Source of the DNA: Octopus sinensis
Lineage: Eukaryota
Length of the DNA: 64,000 bases
Direction: 5' to 3'
Assembly: GCF_006345805.1 (NCBI RefSeq)
Contig: NC_043004.1
Location: 42,718,001-42,782,000 of the forward strand
The notes under the pieces are model-generated. The model was not told the origin of the DNA and did no database searches. It saw only the letters and a list, made by a program, of their open reading frames with translations. Of this stretch, positions 1-13,254 are shown piece after piece. The position numbers and the translations under genes are program-made. The stretch's first letter is position 1. Every line of letters starts with the position of its first letter.

Positions 1-1166
1 AATATTATGGTCTTGAAAAGTAATTTAGTACGGACATTGACATAAATTACTGATTCCCCAAAAATTTATTTTACCATTTGAAACCTGTTGGAAATTCTTT
101 GAAGGTGAGTAAAATCATGAAGTGTTATGCGATTGTGTTCTTGGGTTGTCTATTGAATAAACATCGGAAGGAAAGTAAATGTTCATGCATAATGTGTTTG
201 CTTCTGTTGGTCGAAACAGTACACTTGTTGTATGATTATTTTTGGCTGCGTGATACTGACGCCTATCTAGAAGTTGCATGTGTGTGGCGTATATTTATTA
301 GGTTATCATCGGTGGTGGTGGTTGTATTTAATATGCCTACAAACGGGCTTCTGCTTTGCGCCCTACATCTTGTCGAGTATTATATAAGGATACATAGATG
401 TTATAAATACGGTAAGTTACCAATTGTAGTTCGGTCTGCATGAATTTATTGAAGCGTGAAGGGAGATCTGTGAATTTTATAGTTCAAAATGCCAGTTATT
501 GAATTACGCCCGCTTCTATTCGATATACATTTTGTAGGAAGCGTATGGTGATTATATAAAAAGTGATCCTATATCTATCTATTTATCTAACTATCTACCT
601 ATCTGTTTGTCTGTCTGTCTGTCTGTCTCTCTATATATAAGTGAGTAAATGGTGGGGTTGTATTAACTGCGCGTGGAGAAATGATAGTAGAGGAAAACAT
701 AATAAGGCAGAATGCTAAATATAAATGGGTGTATGGAAAATTTAAAATGAAATCACACCGCCTTTCATTCAAGGCAAATTTTCAAGATTTGTAAGGGGAC
801 ATTTTTTTTTCAAATGTGGAAGGGGAAAAAAGAAATTTACAATGTCTTTCTCAAAAAAAATGAATATATACAAAAATTAATAAATAAGTATACCAATACA
901 TTGTAGTGGCTTTATGCTTTTAGAGTTCAATATTAGTCCATGGAAAAACTTCTTTGGGGCATTAGGATGCACGTGTTTAAGTGTAGTGTTTTGTTTGAAA
1001 ATGTTGTGTCAAAACTGGAAATAGAGTAGGAGTTATCCAGTTCCCGTGAATAAGGGGAGACAAGTCTGTGGATTTTACACACTTTAATTGGAATACTGAA
1101 TTTTTTGTCAAACAGGATGCTTATATATATTTTTTGTCAGACAGGATGCTAGAACAAGGAATACTG

Positions 1167-1625
1167 TCACCGTGGAGTTTGCATATTAAGAAGCGTTTGG
1201 AATTTTTCAATAAGAAGATTCTCCTGGTTGATTCTTTCTTCTGTAGAGATTCTGTCTTTACATTGATAGAAAGAGAATATATGAAATTTGGGATTTTTAT
1301 TTCTAGCGCAAGAGTCTAAGTGGAATTTGACGGTATTGTGGGAGATTTATCTTTTCTTTTTGGACTGCTACTCTTCTGCGTAAAGGAAGTCTCGTTTGTC
1401 CGATATAATTGTGTTGGCAAGCGGCGCATGTAAGAACGTAGATGAAGTTCTCGGAGGAACAAGAGACGTTGGTCTTGATTTTAAACTTTGTTCCTTGTTT
1501 GAAAGTAAATTCAGAGTCTTCAAGTAGGAAGGAGCAGGTACCACAGTTAGGGCGTGCACATTATTTAACTGATGGGGTGGATGTGGTGTGTGAATTTTGG
1601 CATTTGTTTTTTGAAAGATTTATGT
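1167..1625 (-). mobile_element. Penelope-like retroelement remnant: Cys-rich linker plus GIY-YIG endonuclease (pseudogenised)
   Basis: Manual minus-strand translation gives VK*CARPNCGTCSFLLEDSEFTFKQGTKFKIKTNVSCSSENFIYVLTCAACQHNYIGQTRLPLRRRV. After a frameshift it continues DSCARNKNPKFHIFSFYQCKDRISTEERINQENLLIEKFQTLLN. The IY-x-L-x-C-xx-C-xxx-YIGQT..LRRR pattern is the PLE GIY-YIG signature. Confidence 0.85.
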
Positions 1626-1679
1626 GACCATTTGCATTTAAAGATTTTATGTGTATTGATAATATCATTCATTTTTGGG

Positions 1680-1710
<31 letters not shown>

Positions 1711-3544
1711 TTATTTGTATATACGAGAATGAATGGAATAAGTAGTTTTCAAATCAAGATTTTGTCTACTTATCCTTTCCTGAAATATCGATTTAAAGTT
1801 TTAATAATTTATATAGTCTGTTGCTATATATGAGGGCCTATAAATCCGTTACTCTAAATTAACGTTCTGCTAATTAAGAATATAGGGATATATATACTTC
1901 TATTTGTTCTAATTCTACTATAACATTTATATATATGTATACTTTTCTCTGTATCACGCGCAGGTCAATTATGCATTCATAGATCAAAGAAACTACTGAA
2001 TGTTTCAATAAAACATCTTTCAGATGATATTCAAACCTTTCGCGCTGAAGAGATTCACATTTATTAGAGAAATCCAGAATCCTATTATTCTAAATGAGGC
2101 AACCTTGTAGTAATATCAATCATATGTTACCTAGAATTCATTGAAAATATGAAACACAGCCTATTGACGAATAATGAAAAATATAAAAACTTTTCTCTTG
2201 GGATGTGTGTAATACTTCTTAATATACATATTTCTTTTACATAGTCTTCCTCGCAACAAAACGAAATAGACATTTCCTGCAACATGGCTACATTTTCCGC
2301 ATTACCTTTACATATGATTTATCACGACTAATGTAATAGTTTGATTATGTTGTCGAAAAGGAACCAGTTGGGATTTGCTACTAATATCATTTATGTATTG
2401 TGTATTAAATATTAGGTTATGTTGACATTATAGCAATTATCATGGACGCGAAATCACGGCAGTAACATAGACAATAGAAATGGAAGCTTGCACTACATTT
2501 CCATCGCGATATCGCACATGAACATGAAGCATCGATAATTGCTGTGTGAAGATTAATTGAGAAGAAACCTTTAAAGGAAGAAGACAAAATCAATTACAAT
2601 TAGTAGTAAACCCAATTTCATACAACATTCCATTCTATATACAGAAAAATAAAAAAAAACGTATTTCTTCTATATACAATGAAACTAATTCAACTAATTG
2701 AATTCTACCCCAATAGATACACTGAAATACACACTGACACACACACGTGGAAAAAGCCCACCACATGCTTATATGTACATATATATGCATACATTCACAT
2801 ACATATATTCACGCACATACACTGTCATACAGTTAAATGTATACATATTTGTGTGTGTTTGTGTGTGTATACGTGTGGCTGTGTGTATGTACGAACTTGA
2901 AAGAATATGAAAAAGTGGTTTGCATTAATCCTATTATGATCAGGAAGATAAATGAAATATTCTCCCAATAATTCTATAATGACAAAGCTACAAAAATTTA
3001 AAAAGAAAACAAAACTGCAATGTCTAAATTCTCTGAAAAGAACAAAAGAGTAAATGAACAGTAAATGCCGAGATGACAGCACTGGAATATACCGTCTTAA
3101 GTTTCACGTGGCGCAGAAAATGTTTGAAGAAACAAAAAAAGTGTACATATAAAAATGAAGAAAAATATACATAAGATGAAAAATATAGGTAATTAGATTT
3201 ATGGGGAAAAAGAAATAATTCCAAGTGAAATAATTCGAAGGAGGGTAAATTGAATAAAAATTACCACCATGTTTCGTTGCAGCTACAACGGAAGCAGATG
3301 CTGATTCTCAGTGAAAAAATATAGGGATTCTGTTTCTTGTTCATTTATTGAAAGCACATTTTCTTTGTTATTCTTTGATAATTTCTCTTCTTCGTAAAAT
3401 GCCGTTGGTAGTAATATTAATGATGATCAAGAAGTGGATTAGTTAGAAGAAGACAGACTATATGCTGGATGAATAATAACGTTAGTAGTGCAGCTTTCGA
3501 TGAAGAGGGCATTGACGATACAGAAAATGCTGCTGTTTAAGTTT

Positions 3545-3572
3545 CTAATGCTGATAATGATGATGATGGTGA

Positions 3573-3606
<34 letters not shown>

Positions 3607-3643
3607 GGTGGTGGTGGTGATGAGGAGGATGATGATGATGATA

Positions 3644-3679
<36 letters not shown>

Positions 3680-4035
3680 TTGATGATAGTGGTGGTGGTG
3701 GTGATGATGATGGTGATGATTGTGATGATGATGATGGTGGTGGTAGTGATGATGATAATGATGATGATGATGCTGGTGGTGGTGAGGATGATGATGATGA
3801 TAGTGGTGGTAAGATGATGATGATGATGATGATGTTGATGATAGTGGTGGTGGTGGTGATGATGATGGTGATGATTGTGATGATGATGATGGTGGTGGTA
3901 GTGATGATGATAATGATGATGATGTTGGTGGTGGTGATGATGATGATGATGACGGTGGTGGTGAAGATGATGATGATGTCTATGATGATGATGTTGATGA
4001 TGGTAGTGGTGGTGGTGGTGATGATGATGATGACA
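3545..4035. repeat. Degenerate (GAT/GGT)n trinucleotide array with an internal ~150-bp duplication
   Basis: Direct reading; the block at 3661-3812 recurs at about 3816-3965 with few changes. Confidence 0.95.
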
Positions 4036-4570
4036 ACGACATTGGAGAACAACATAACCGTGACGCCCTGGACGACGATATTGATCATGATAATAAAGCG
4101 GATTATCAGATGATTAGGACAGTGATTATGACGATGAGAGTAATATTGATATGTAGGTTAATGTTCATTTACAATAAATGGCCATGACTAGAATAAATGC
4201 TTACTAAAATTGAGAGCATCGATGCAGTCTATTAATCTCGTAGAAATGACAAAGAATCAACCCGCAAAAAATACGTTATATTCTTGAGTAATGAAACACA
4301 AGTTAGAATAATATGTATAGACTTCGACATAACACTGAAATGATGGGACAGTCCCAAAATGAATGGCGTCATCAGAGCGACGTTGGGCCAGGGTCACCAA
4401 CAATTGTCATTACCACCATTAGCGTCGACAACAGGTATAGATTTATTACCTTTAGTGTCATTGTGTGCATTTCATATATAACAATACATTTGTAAATCGA
4501 CACAGATGAAATTGGCCTTGAAAATATGGCCATTATATCAAGTATCTAACTATCGAGTAATTCCTATACA

Positions 4571-4650
4571 CTATATATATATATATGTATATGTATATAT
4601 GTATGTATATATATAACGTATATGTATATATATATATTTTTATTTGTATG

Positions 4651-4697
<47 letters not shown>

Positions 4698-4884
4698 TAC
4701 TTATTCTTTACATTTTATTGTTATTTTAATTTTAACTTTCTATATGTAATTGTCTAGATGGTGTAATTATTTGTTCCTTTTGAATTGATAAAAGGTGTTT
4801 TTTTTTCTAATTTTATATATATATACTATATTGTGTGAAATTTGATTTAGTATTTGTAAATTTTATTTTTTTTCTGTCAAATAA

Positions 4885-4979
<95 letters not shown>

Positions 4980-5050
4980 ACACACACACATGCACACACA
5001 CGCACACACACACACACACACACACACCACACACATATATATATATATAA
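4571..5050. repeat. (TA)n/(CA)n microsatellite cluster
   Basis: Direct reading. Confidence 0.9.
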
Positions 5051-5360
5051 CATATATATAACAGAAAATGGAGATCATGCAGATGAACAACAATTGATTT
5101 TCATTATTTGCATAAAGACTGTATCCCATCTTTGGCATCAGCATTATTATGCTAAACTGTATTTATCACAGTTGGGAATAAAACAGATTTGAATCATGGA
5201 GTTTCATCAGAGGGTTACATAAATAAAAAGACAATTCTAGAAAGAAGGGAATGGCTGAAGAGAGTGAAAATCATGTCAAGTTGCGTGTAAAGTAAAATAC
5301 CTTACTCGGATATTTTAACGTCTGAATTAGCTAAGTTTATATATATATATATATATATAT

Positions 5361-6639
5361 CAACAATCAAGGAACGGCCATGATAGGCCATTCACCCACT
5401 AGAAATAACAGCCAAAGCTTCAACCGCAAATAAAGATTAATTCCGTAAACAGGAGAAAATTTAAAAAACATTTACCCTGTAATTTCTTGTACGATGCACC
5501 GTTTCATCTGCTGTTTAATGGTAAACTAACCTGATTAAATTAAATCAAGCCAATCTTCCATAGGCCCTCAGATTCTTCAGCAAGAAATAGCCAAGTCGGA
5601 ACAGATATTTTCACGAGGCATTTCAAACCCTGCCAAGGTAATATCTGACCTAAAATTTTCAAATCGTCGCACTCGCGCCAAATTTATCGGCAGCAAATAA
5701 ATATAAGCCGTCGATTCCATTACGGAATTAACCAGAAAATTCATAATTAATCAATATAGGGTGGCAGAACAAATTTTGTAGAATTCTTTTTGCCACCAGC
5801 GGCCTAGTGGGAAAAAATTAAATAGTCATAGACCATTTTTAAGTTCAACATCAACAATCAAGGAACGGCCATGATAGGCCATTCACCCACTAGAAATAAC
5901 AGCCAAAGCTTCAACCGCAAATAAAGATTAATTCCGTAAACAGGAGAAAATTTAAAAAACATTTACCCTGTAATTTCTTGTACGATGCACCGTTTCATCT
6001 GCTGTTTAATGGTAAACTAACCTGATTAAATTAAATCAAGCCAATCTTCCATAGGCCCTCAGATTCTTCAGCAAGAAATAGCCAAGTCGGAACAGATATT
6101 TTCACGAGGCATTTCAAACCCTGCCAAGGTAATATCTGACCTAAAATTTTCAAATAGTCGCACTCGCGCCAAATTTATCGGCAGCAAATAATATAAGCCG
6201 TCGATTCCATTACGGAATTAACCAGAAAATTCATAATTAATCAATATAGGGTGGCAGAAAAAATTTTGTAGAATTCTTTTTGCCACCAGCGGCCTAGTGG
6301 GAAAAAATTAAATAGTCATAGACCATTTTTAAGTTCAACATCAACAATCAAGGAACGGCCATGATAGGCCATTCACCCACTAGAAATAACAGCCAAAGCT
6401 TCAACCGCAAATAAAGATTAATTCCGTAAACAGGAGAAAATTTAAAAAACATTTACCCTGTAATTTCTTGTACGATGCACCGTTTCATCTGCTGTTTAAT
6501 GGTAAACTAACCTGATTAAATTAAATCAAGCCAATCTTCCATAGGCCCTCAGATTCTTCAGCAAGAAATAGCCAAGTCGGAACAGATATTTTCACGAGGC
6601 ATTTCAAACCCTGCCAAGGTAATATCTGACCTAAAATTT
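5361..6639 (+). repeat. Tandem array of a ~490-bp unit (2 full copies plus a ~298-bp partial); left arm of a large palindrome
   Basis: The unit start caacaatcaaggaacggcc occurs at 5361, 5852 and 6342; copies differ at only a few positions. Confidence 0.97.
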
Positions 6640-6660
6640 GGGTAATATCTGACCTAAAAA

Positions 6661-8018
6661 GGTTTTGAAATGCCTCGTGAAAATATCTGTTCCGACTTGG
6701 CTATTTCTTGCTGAAGAATCTGAGGGCCTATGGAAGATTGGCTTGATTTAATTTAATCAGGTTAGTTTACCATTAAACAGCAGATGAAACGGTGCATCGT
6801 ACAAGAAATTACAGGGTAAATGTTTTTTAAATTTTCTCCTGTTTACGGAATTAATCTTTATTTGCGGTTGAAGCTTTGGCTGTTATTTCTAGTGGGCGAA
6901 TGGCCTATCATGGCCGTTCCTTGATTGTTGATGTTGAACTTAAAAATGGTCTATGACTATTTAATTTTTTCCCACTAGGCCGCTGGTGGCAAAAAGAATT
7001 CTACAAAATTTTTTCTGCCACCCTATATTGATTAATTATGAATTTTCTGGTTAATTCCGTAATGGAATCGACGGCTTATATTTATTTGCTGCCGATAAAT
7101 TTGGCGCGAGTGCGACGATTTGAAAATTTTAGGTCAGATATTACCTTGGCAGGGTTTGAAATGCCTCGTGAAAATATCTGTTCCGACTTGGCTATTTCTT
7201 GCTGAAGAATCTGAGGGCCTATGGAAGATTGGCTTGATTTAATTTAATCAGGTTAGTTTACCATTAAACAGCAGATGAAACGGTGCATCGTACAAGAAAT
7301 TACAGGGTAAATGTTTTTTAAATTTTCTCCTGTTTACGGAATTAATCTTTATTTGCGGTTGTTTTGAAGCTTTGGCTGTTATTTCTAGTGGGTGAATGGC
7401 CTATCATGGCCGTTCCTTGATTGTTGATGTTGAACTTAAAAATGGTCTATGACTATTTAATTTTTTCCCACTAGGCCGCTGGTGGCAAAAAGAATTCTAC
7501 AAAATTTGTTCTGCCACCCTATATTGATTAATTATGAATTTTCTGGTTAATTCCGTAATGGAATCGACGGCTTATATTTATTTGCTGCCGATAAATTTGG
7601 CGCGAGTGCGACGATTTGAAAATTTTAGGTCAGATATTACCTTGGCAGGGTTGAAATGCCTCGTGAAAATATCTGTTCCGACTTGGCTATTTCTTGCTGA
7701 AGAATCTGAGGGCCTATGGAAGATTGGCTTGATTTAATTTAATCAGGTTAGTTTACCATTAAACAGCAGATGAAACGGTGCATCGTACAAGAAATTACAG
7801 GGTAAATGTTTTTTAAATTTTCTCCTGTTTACGGAATTAATCTTTATTTGCGGTTGAAGCTTTGGCTGTTATTTCTAGTGGGTGAATGGCCTATCATGGC
7901 CGTTCCTTGATTGTTGATGTTGAACTTAAAAATGGTCTATGACTATTTAATTTTTTCCCACTAGGCCGCTGGTGGCAAAAAGAATTCTACAAAATTTTTT
8001 CTGGCACCCTATATTGAT

Positions 8019-8020
<2 letters not shown>
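6661..8020 (-). repeat. Inverted tandem array of the same ~490-bp unit; right arm of the palindrome
   Basis: Reverse-complement copies with unit boundaries at 6930, 7426 and 7916, then a further 104-bp partial ending at the (TA)n tract at ~8021. Confidence 0.97.

Positions 8021-8021
<1 letters not shown>

Positions 8022-8083
<62 letters not shown>
8022..8083. repeat. (TA)n microsatellite flanking the palindrome (matching tract at ~5337-5360)
   Basis: Direct reading. Confidence 0.95.
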
Positions 8084-8085
<2 letters not shown>

Positions 8086-9591
8086 CAGCAAATGATCAAT
8101 TCGAATGATCAGACTGAATTTATTTTTAAAAATTCAATAAATTACATCAAACAAATGAAATGAAGCAGATTAGAAGTTAAAATGAATTATCCTTTTTTTC
8201 CATAATACGAGAAAATTGCTTCTGACAAAAAATACCAAAATCTCAATAAAAAGTACCTCACAAAGGCCGAATCACATGTATTCTTCAGTAGGTGAGATTT
8301 AAAGGCAATCAAACAAAAAAAATATGTAACATATACTTTGAATTTTTGTCATTATTATATAGGCATCAGTATAGGCACTCTTCCCCTCGCGAAAGTTTGA
8401 ATCGAGACTAAAATATTAAAGGACTTGGCTGTTTTAACATCTAATAGCTAATTCCTAACTTTCTCGCTAGGAAGTCCAATAAATATCGATTTCAGAAAAG
8501 ACTCTGTAAAGGAAATACTGGTCAAGATGTTTGTATATGCACATTACAAAATACTAGATATGGAGGTATATGTTATTTCAAATTCAGGCTAAAATATTTC
8601 TTAACAGTCATCTATCACACCTATTATGTGTTCAAGTAAATACCAATTTAGAAGCTAGGATGTGAGATCGATTAATAGTTTGTGTAATTATTTATTTAAG
8701 TGTTTCTGAAAAGTCAATAATCAATACATAATATAGGTATTATAGGTTGCATTAATTATCTGAAAACAGCTGGATATATTAAAAAGAATGAAACTTCGGA
8801 AATACATGCACACTAGTGTGAAGATAGATTTAAAGGAGACCACTTACGTGATTGTCGTAAGGTGAAACAAAAGTGGTGTTGTGCTATAACTCGTATTGAA
8901 GAAAGTAGAAAATAATAAATGTTATTTCCTCGATGTATTATTTTTACGGCGAAATTATTATGTTTCTATACAGAGGAAAAGCGAACATGTAAGGGGATAT
9001 ATTGATGTAGTTCAGTGTTAAAAGCATTTCAAAAAGGATATTTACTACATATTTCATAGAATTTTTATCTTAAAAGCAATTTTTTACAAATATTTATTTC
9101 TATGATTTGGACATTTTCGTGAGTGAAACAATTCATATACTAATAATTATATCATAATGATAACTAAGAAAACATTCAATGTATATTTTAACCATCTTTT
9201 TTGTTTCTTTTCCTTTACATCTCACCTACGGAGGAGTACATGTGATTCGGCCACTGTGATGTTCTTTTATTTGAAATCTTTTATCAGAAACTATCGTCAT
9301 TTTAGTTATCATGAGCCATCGTTTAGGATAAATATATAATCCGTTTTCCCATCTAACTTGCTTCATTTCGTTTATTTGATGAAATTCATTGAATTTTGTT
9401 TAATAAATTAACTCTTTTATTGATCATTTCCTTATATACATTCATACCTATACGATATAAGAATTTGTAAATAACGTATGATGAAAAGGCATTACAAGAC
9501 TATGGAAAAAAATCCTATTAAATGATATATTCATCCATATATGCGAGTATATATATACACATATATATATACATAAATATGTGTGTGTATG

Positions 9592-9649
<58 letters not shown>

Positions 9650-11902
9650 CGTATGTTTATATATAGGTATAAAAATTATATATAAAGGAACAAGAACGTG
9701 AAATACACAAAGGGACGAACACAAAAAAACGGACGGGTCATTCGAAGCCTTTAATCTTTAGTCAGAAACCGGATCATCATAGCAAATTTCGGCTGATTAA
9801 TCCTGATATTGCTCCGACACGCCAGCCCCAATGAAAAACTAAGCTGCGAGCATTAGATTTCTTTGAAAAAGGAGCGAATGTAAACGAAACAAGGACAGAA
9901 AAACGGACGAAGCCACACAAATATAAATACAAAAAACAAAAACAAAAATAAAAATAGAAACAAAAACAAGAATGGTAATAACATGATAACAGCAGGTGTC
10001 TTACGACTTTAGACAAAATGAGACAAATATAACTTATCTAGCAGGCGTGTTTGGAAAAATTGCCTTTTCGGCAGACGGGAACAATGTTGAACCGGCAGCG
10101 GTCACTACTATATATAGATAGTTAGATAAATAGATCGATCGCTACATAGATAAACAGACGGATAGAAATATATATGCACACATTCCCCACCAGACACACA
10201 CACACACTCAACACACATTCATATATACACACATACACCTGTATTTAGATTATGACATATCTAACTTTTGAAGTGAATGCAGAAACTAGATCTTGTTATC
10301 TGTTATGGTATATGATAATAAGCGTAAATCACAATAGCTAAAACCAGATGAAAATAATGAAAATGAAATCATGATTACATTTTTACCGAAACAGTTATCC
10401 TGCAAGAAATGCATTCATCATGTAGGTAGCAGTATTATATGCATATATTAGACACTTTTCATGAATTTTATTTCTTATCGATAAATACATTCTATAGCAC
10501 ACCTCAACCGCAAGTTCACAGCCGCGGTTTGCTTTTGACACTTGTAACAAAACATTACCAGAACATTTTATGCGTCTTTGAACCAGGGAACAGTATTATA
10601 CTCGCGAAAACTTGAACATTTTACAAGAATTTCCACTTCACATGTATATTTTGTGTTAGTCAACTCTAAAAACGTACATCACATTTTGCTTACAGAAAAA
10701 CATGTACCAAGGCTATAGGTTTCTACCTACACTAGCATTATCTAGAAACCCATCCCTGCTTAACAAAAATTTGGGATACAAGACGCTTGGTATGGCAGTA
10801 CGTCCCAAGCCATTGTCTCATGAATATTATTTCAAGCTACCTGCTTCTAGATTCAGTTTATTGAATTGCTGAGACAGATCAATACTTCCCTCCTTAGAGT
10901 TAAGAAAATGACTATTGAAATTACCTTTATGAAAGCTACTAGGTAAGATGAGATAACATAAATAAAGACTGGTTGAATAATTTGAGAAACACTTAAGCAC
11001 AATAGCATTCGAGATGATTCGGTTGTCTTATGATATCACCATCAGAATTAAAAAGATCAGGATGAAGGATGAATCATCTTGTCTCTATGACACCCGTTTT
11101 GTGATTAAGAAATGAAGATCTCTACTGTATTTATGAACATAAAACATGATGTTCTTTTCTATATCATTATTTTAAAGGACCCCAAATACAACTTGATGTA
11201 AGACTGAGTGAAGCGATAATTTTAGGAATAAGTATATCGAATTGTTTCGTTTTTTTACTACGTTTGGCATTCTAAGAACTGCAACTAGTGAAATAAAAAT
11301 ACTTTAGTTTTTAGTAATGTAAAATTCAAGACGTTAGACGTCTACTACGCAACAGGAATATTTTCCTGTTGCATATGGCCAAACATTTATTTTGATGCTA
11401 TTGAAATTTTACTGTTATGGACTGTTAGTCTCCTAGTAAATGCAGCACATGAAATTATGGCCTTAAATAACATTAAGGTGAACACATGCTCCCTTTAAAG
11501 AATACTTACTTTCGTCACAAACTACACTGAATAATATGGAGAAGTTATCGCAAACAGTTTCCCATTCAACATGCCGGCTCAGAACAGAATACCGCTGGCA
11601 GTCATGTACGTAAAGAACACTTGATGCATATGCTTCAAAGATAGGTGTTAAAATATGCGAAAAATATTCTTTGTCTGGTGATGTCGAGTTACAGCTATTT
11701 GAACATATTAGATATTATACGATATAAAATAAAAGTAATCGCGTTTGGAATTGTAACGAGCTGCAATAGTTTAGTTTATCCGGAAACTGGGAGAATATAA
11801 AAGATTAACAAAAATCTGTCATTCTAATATTAACTCAATGATGAACAAATGTTAGTTATATTAGTTATCATTATATCTATAGTACACTCCGATGCAAGCA
11901 CG

Positions 11903-11956
<54 letters not shown>

Positions 11957-13027
11957 ACGACCTCGAACTCACGATAGTAAACAAGAGAAACAGAAACAGG
12001 TAGAAAAAAGGCAAAATGCCACCTGTATTTGAACACCATGCAAATATTCTTTTAAAAACTTTTCCTTTAATTTGCCCAAAATTTTATTGTTTTCCATACA
12101 GTTGAAAAAGTCTGAATGGCTGAAACCGGTACTGAAATGTTGTTTTATAAAATTATATTAGCATTTTCTACCTTGTGTTTTTTCCATATACACATACACA
12201 CGTGCATACATACATACATACATATATATCTAGATGCACCAGGTTCAGTTTAGCTTCTATTGATTAATAGAAACCAGAAATAAGAAGTATTATTTCTCAT
12301 GACGGAAAACAATAAAATTAGATTATCTGTACTTGCGAGAAGAATGCATGCGATGTGTCTCTAATTTAGAACATCTTGTGAAACCTTGAGCTGAACATAA
12401 CTGATGGAATATTAGCAAAGCTTGTTCAATTACAATTGAGAAGTATCTACAATTATTACATCATTTGGATGTAATCCTAATTGCTGCTTGCATTATACAA
12501 GTTTTTTCCACAAAATTTCTATCAAGAATTGTTTGTGCTAAGCGCTTTCTTCTGTGATCGCATTTCACGCAGTATCTGCTAAACGAACATGTGTATCCGC
12601 CTGTGCTATAGGATGAATTTGTTAACTGGATATTTTAAATTAAAAATGGAACTTCTTTAGTAAAGCATTTGGCATGTTGATGTGCGGAGCCGTTATGACA
12701 TGTGATGTAGTATCATTAATAGAAAATATGTCCGTGGTTTTCTGGGACCTCTCTTGTGGACATTCTGAACAGTTCCATTTGCTTTTTATCTTATACGTAA
12801 TTCGAGTAATGGTAAAGCCCGTGCATGGATCTGTTTGAAACTCCATCGTAAATTATATTTGCACTTTGACTGCATTTTCACATATCTAGTTCCGCTTGTT
12901 AATATTTCTAATGGATTCAATCTAATTATAAATAATATAAATATATACTGAAAACTAAATGTTTTATCTCCCGTTAGTGTGTGTATGCAATCGGGGGACA
13001 TTCTGTATATATTTATATATGTATCCT

Positions 13028-13189
13028 TCTCTCTCTCTCTCTCTCTCTCTCTCATTCTGTATACACTTCTGTGAGTGTGTGTACAAAATGTAAAAGACAT
13101 TCGTGGATACATAATTACTCTTTTTCTGTTTCCAAAACGATTGAAAGGTTTTTATTTCTTTCAGGCTCCTCATGGGTGCTCAAATGCCA

Positions 13190-13230
<41 letters not shown>

Positions 13231-13254
13231 CACACACACACGCACACACACACA
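13028..13254. repeat. (CT)n and (CA)n microsatellites
   Basis: Direct reading. Confidence 0.9.

Noticed and set aside
870-1080. Possible Penelope RT thumb fragment (SISSFDTT..LHLNT/HPNAPKK) on the minus strand
   Set aside because: It needs several frameshifts and lies 3' of the endonuclease, the wrong order unless part of a tandem; too weak.
5258-5290. Other CUGANGA hits (5264, 14367, 17492, 24042, 36700, 39682, 60104, and the one in the 490-bp unit)
   Set aside because: They lack a properly placed GAAA or cannot form stems I-III.
5361-8020. CRISPR array, or a simple read fold-back artefact
   Set aside because: There are no unique spacers, so it is not CRISPR. The right arm extends 104 bp beyond the mirror point and the unique flanks are not mirrored, which argues against a simple read fold-back; an assembly error is still not fully excluded.
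9665-9875. Segments here and at 30190-30330 that resemble remembered octopus repeats or PLE ends
   Set aside because: They have no second copy, ORF or intact motif within the window to support a call.
11349-11372. Short perfect hairpins of 7-10 bp (11349, 19308, 19337, 20168, 20265, 29532, 41340, 48962)
   Set aside because: A few such stems are expected by chance in 64 kb of AT-rich DNA.
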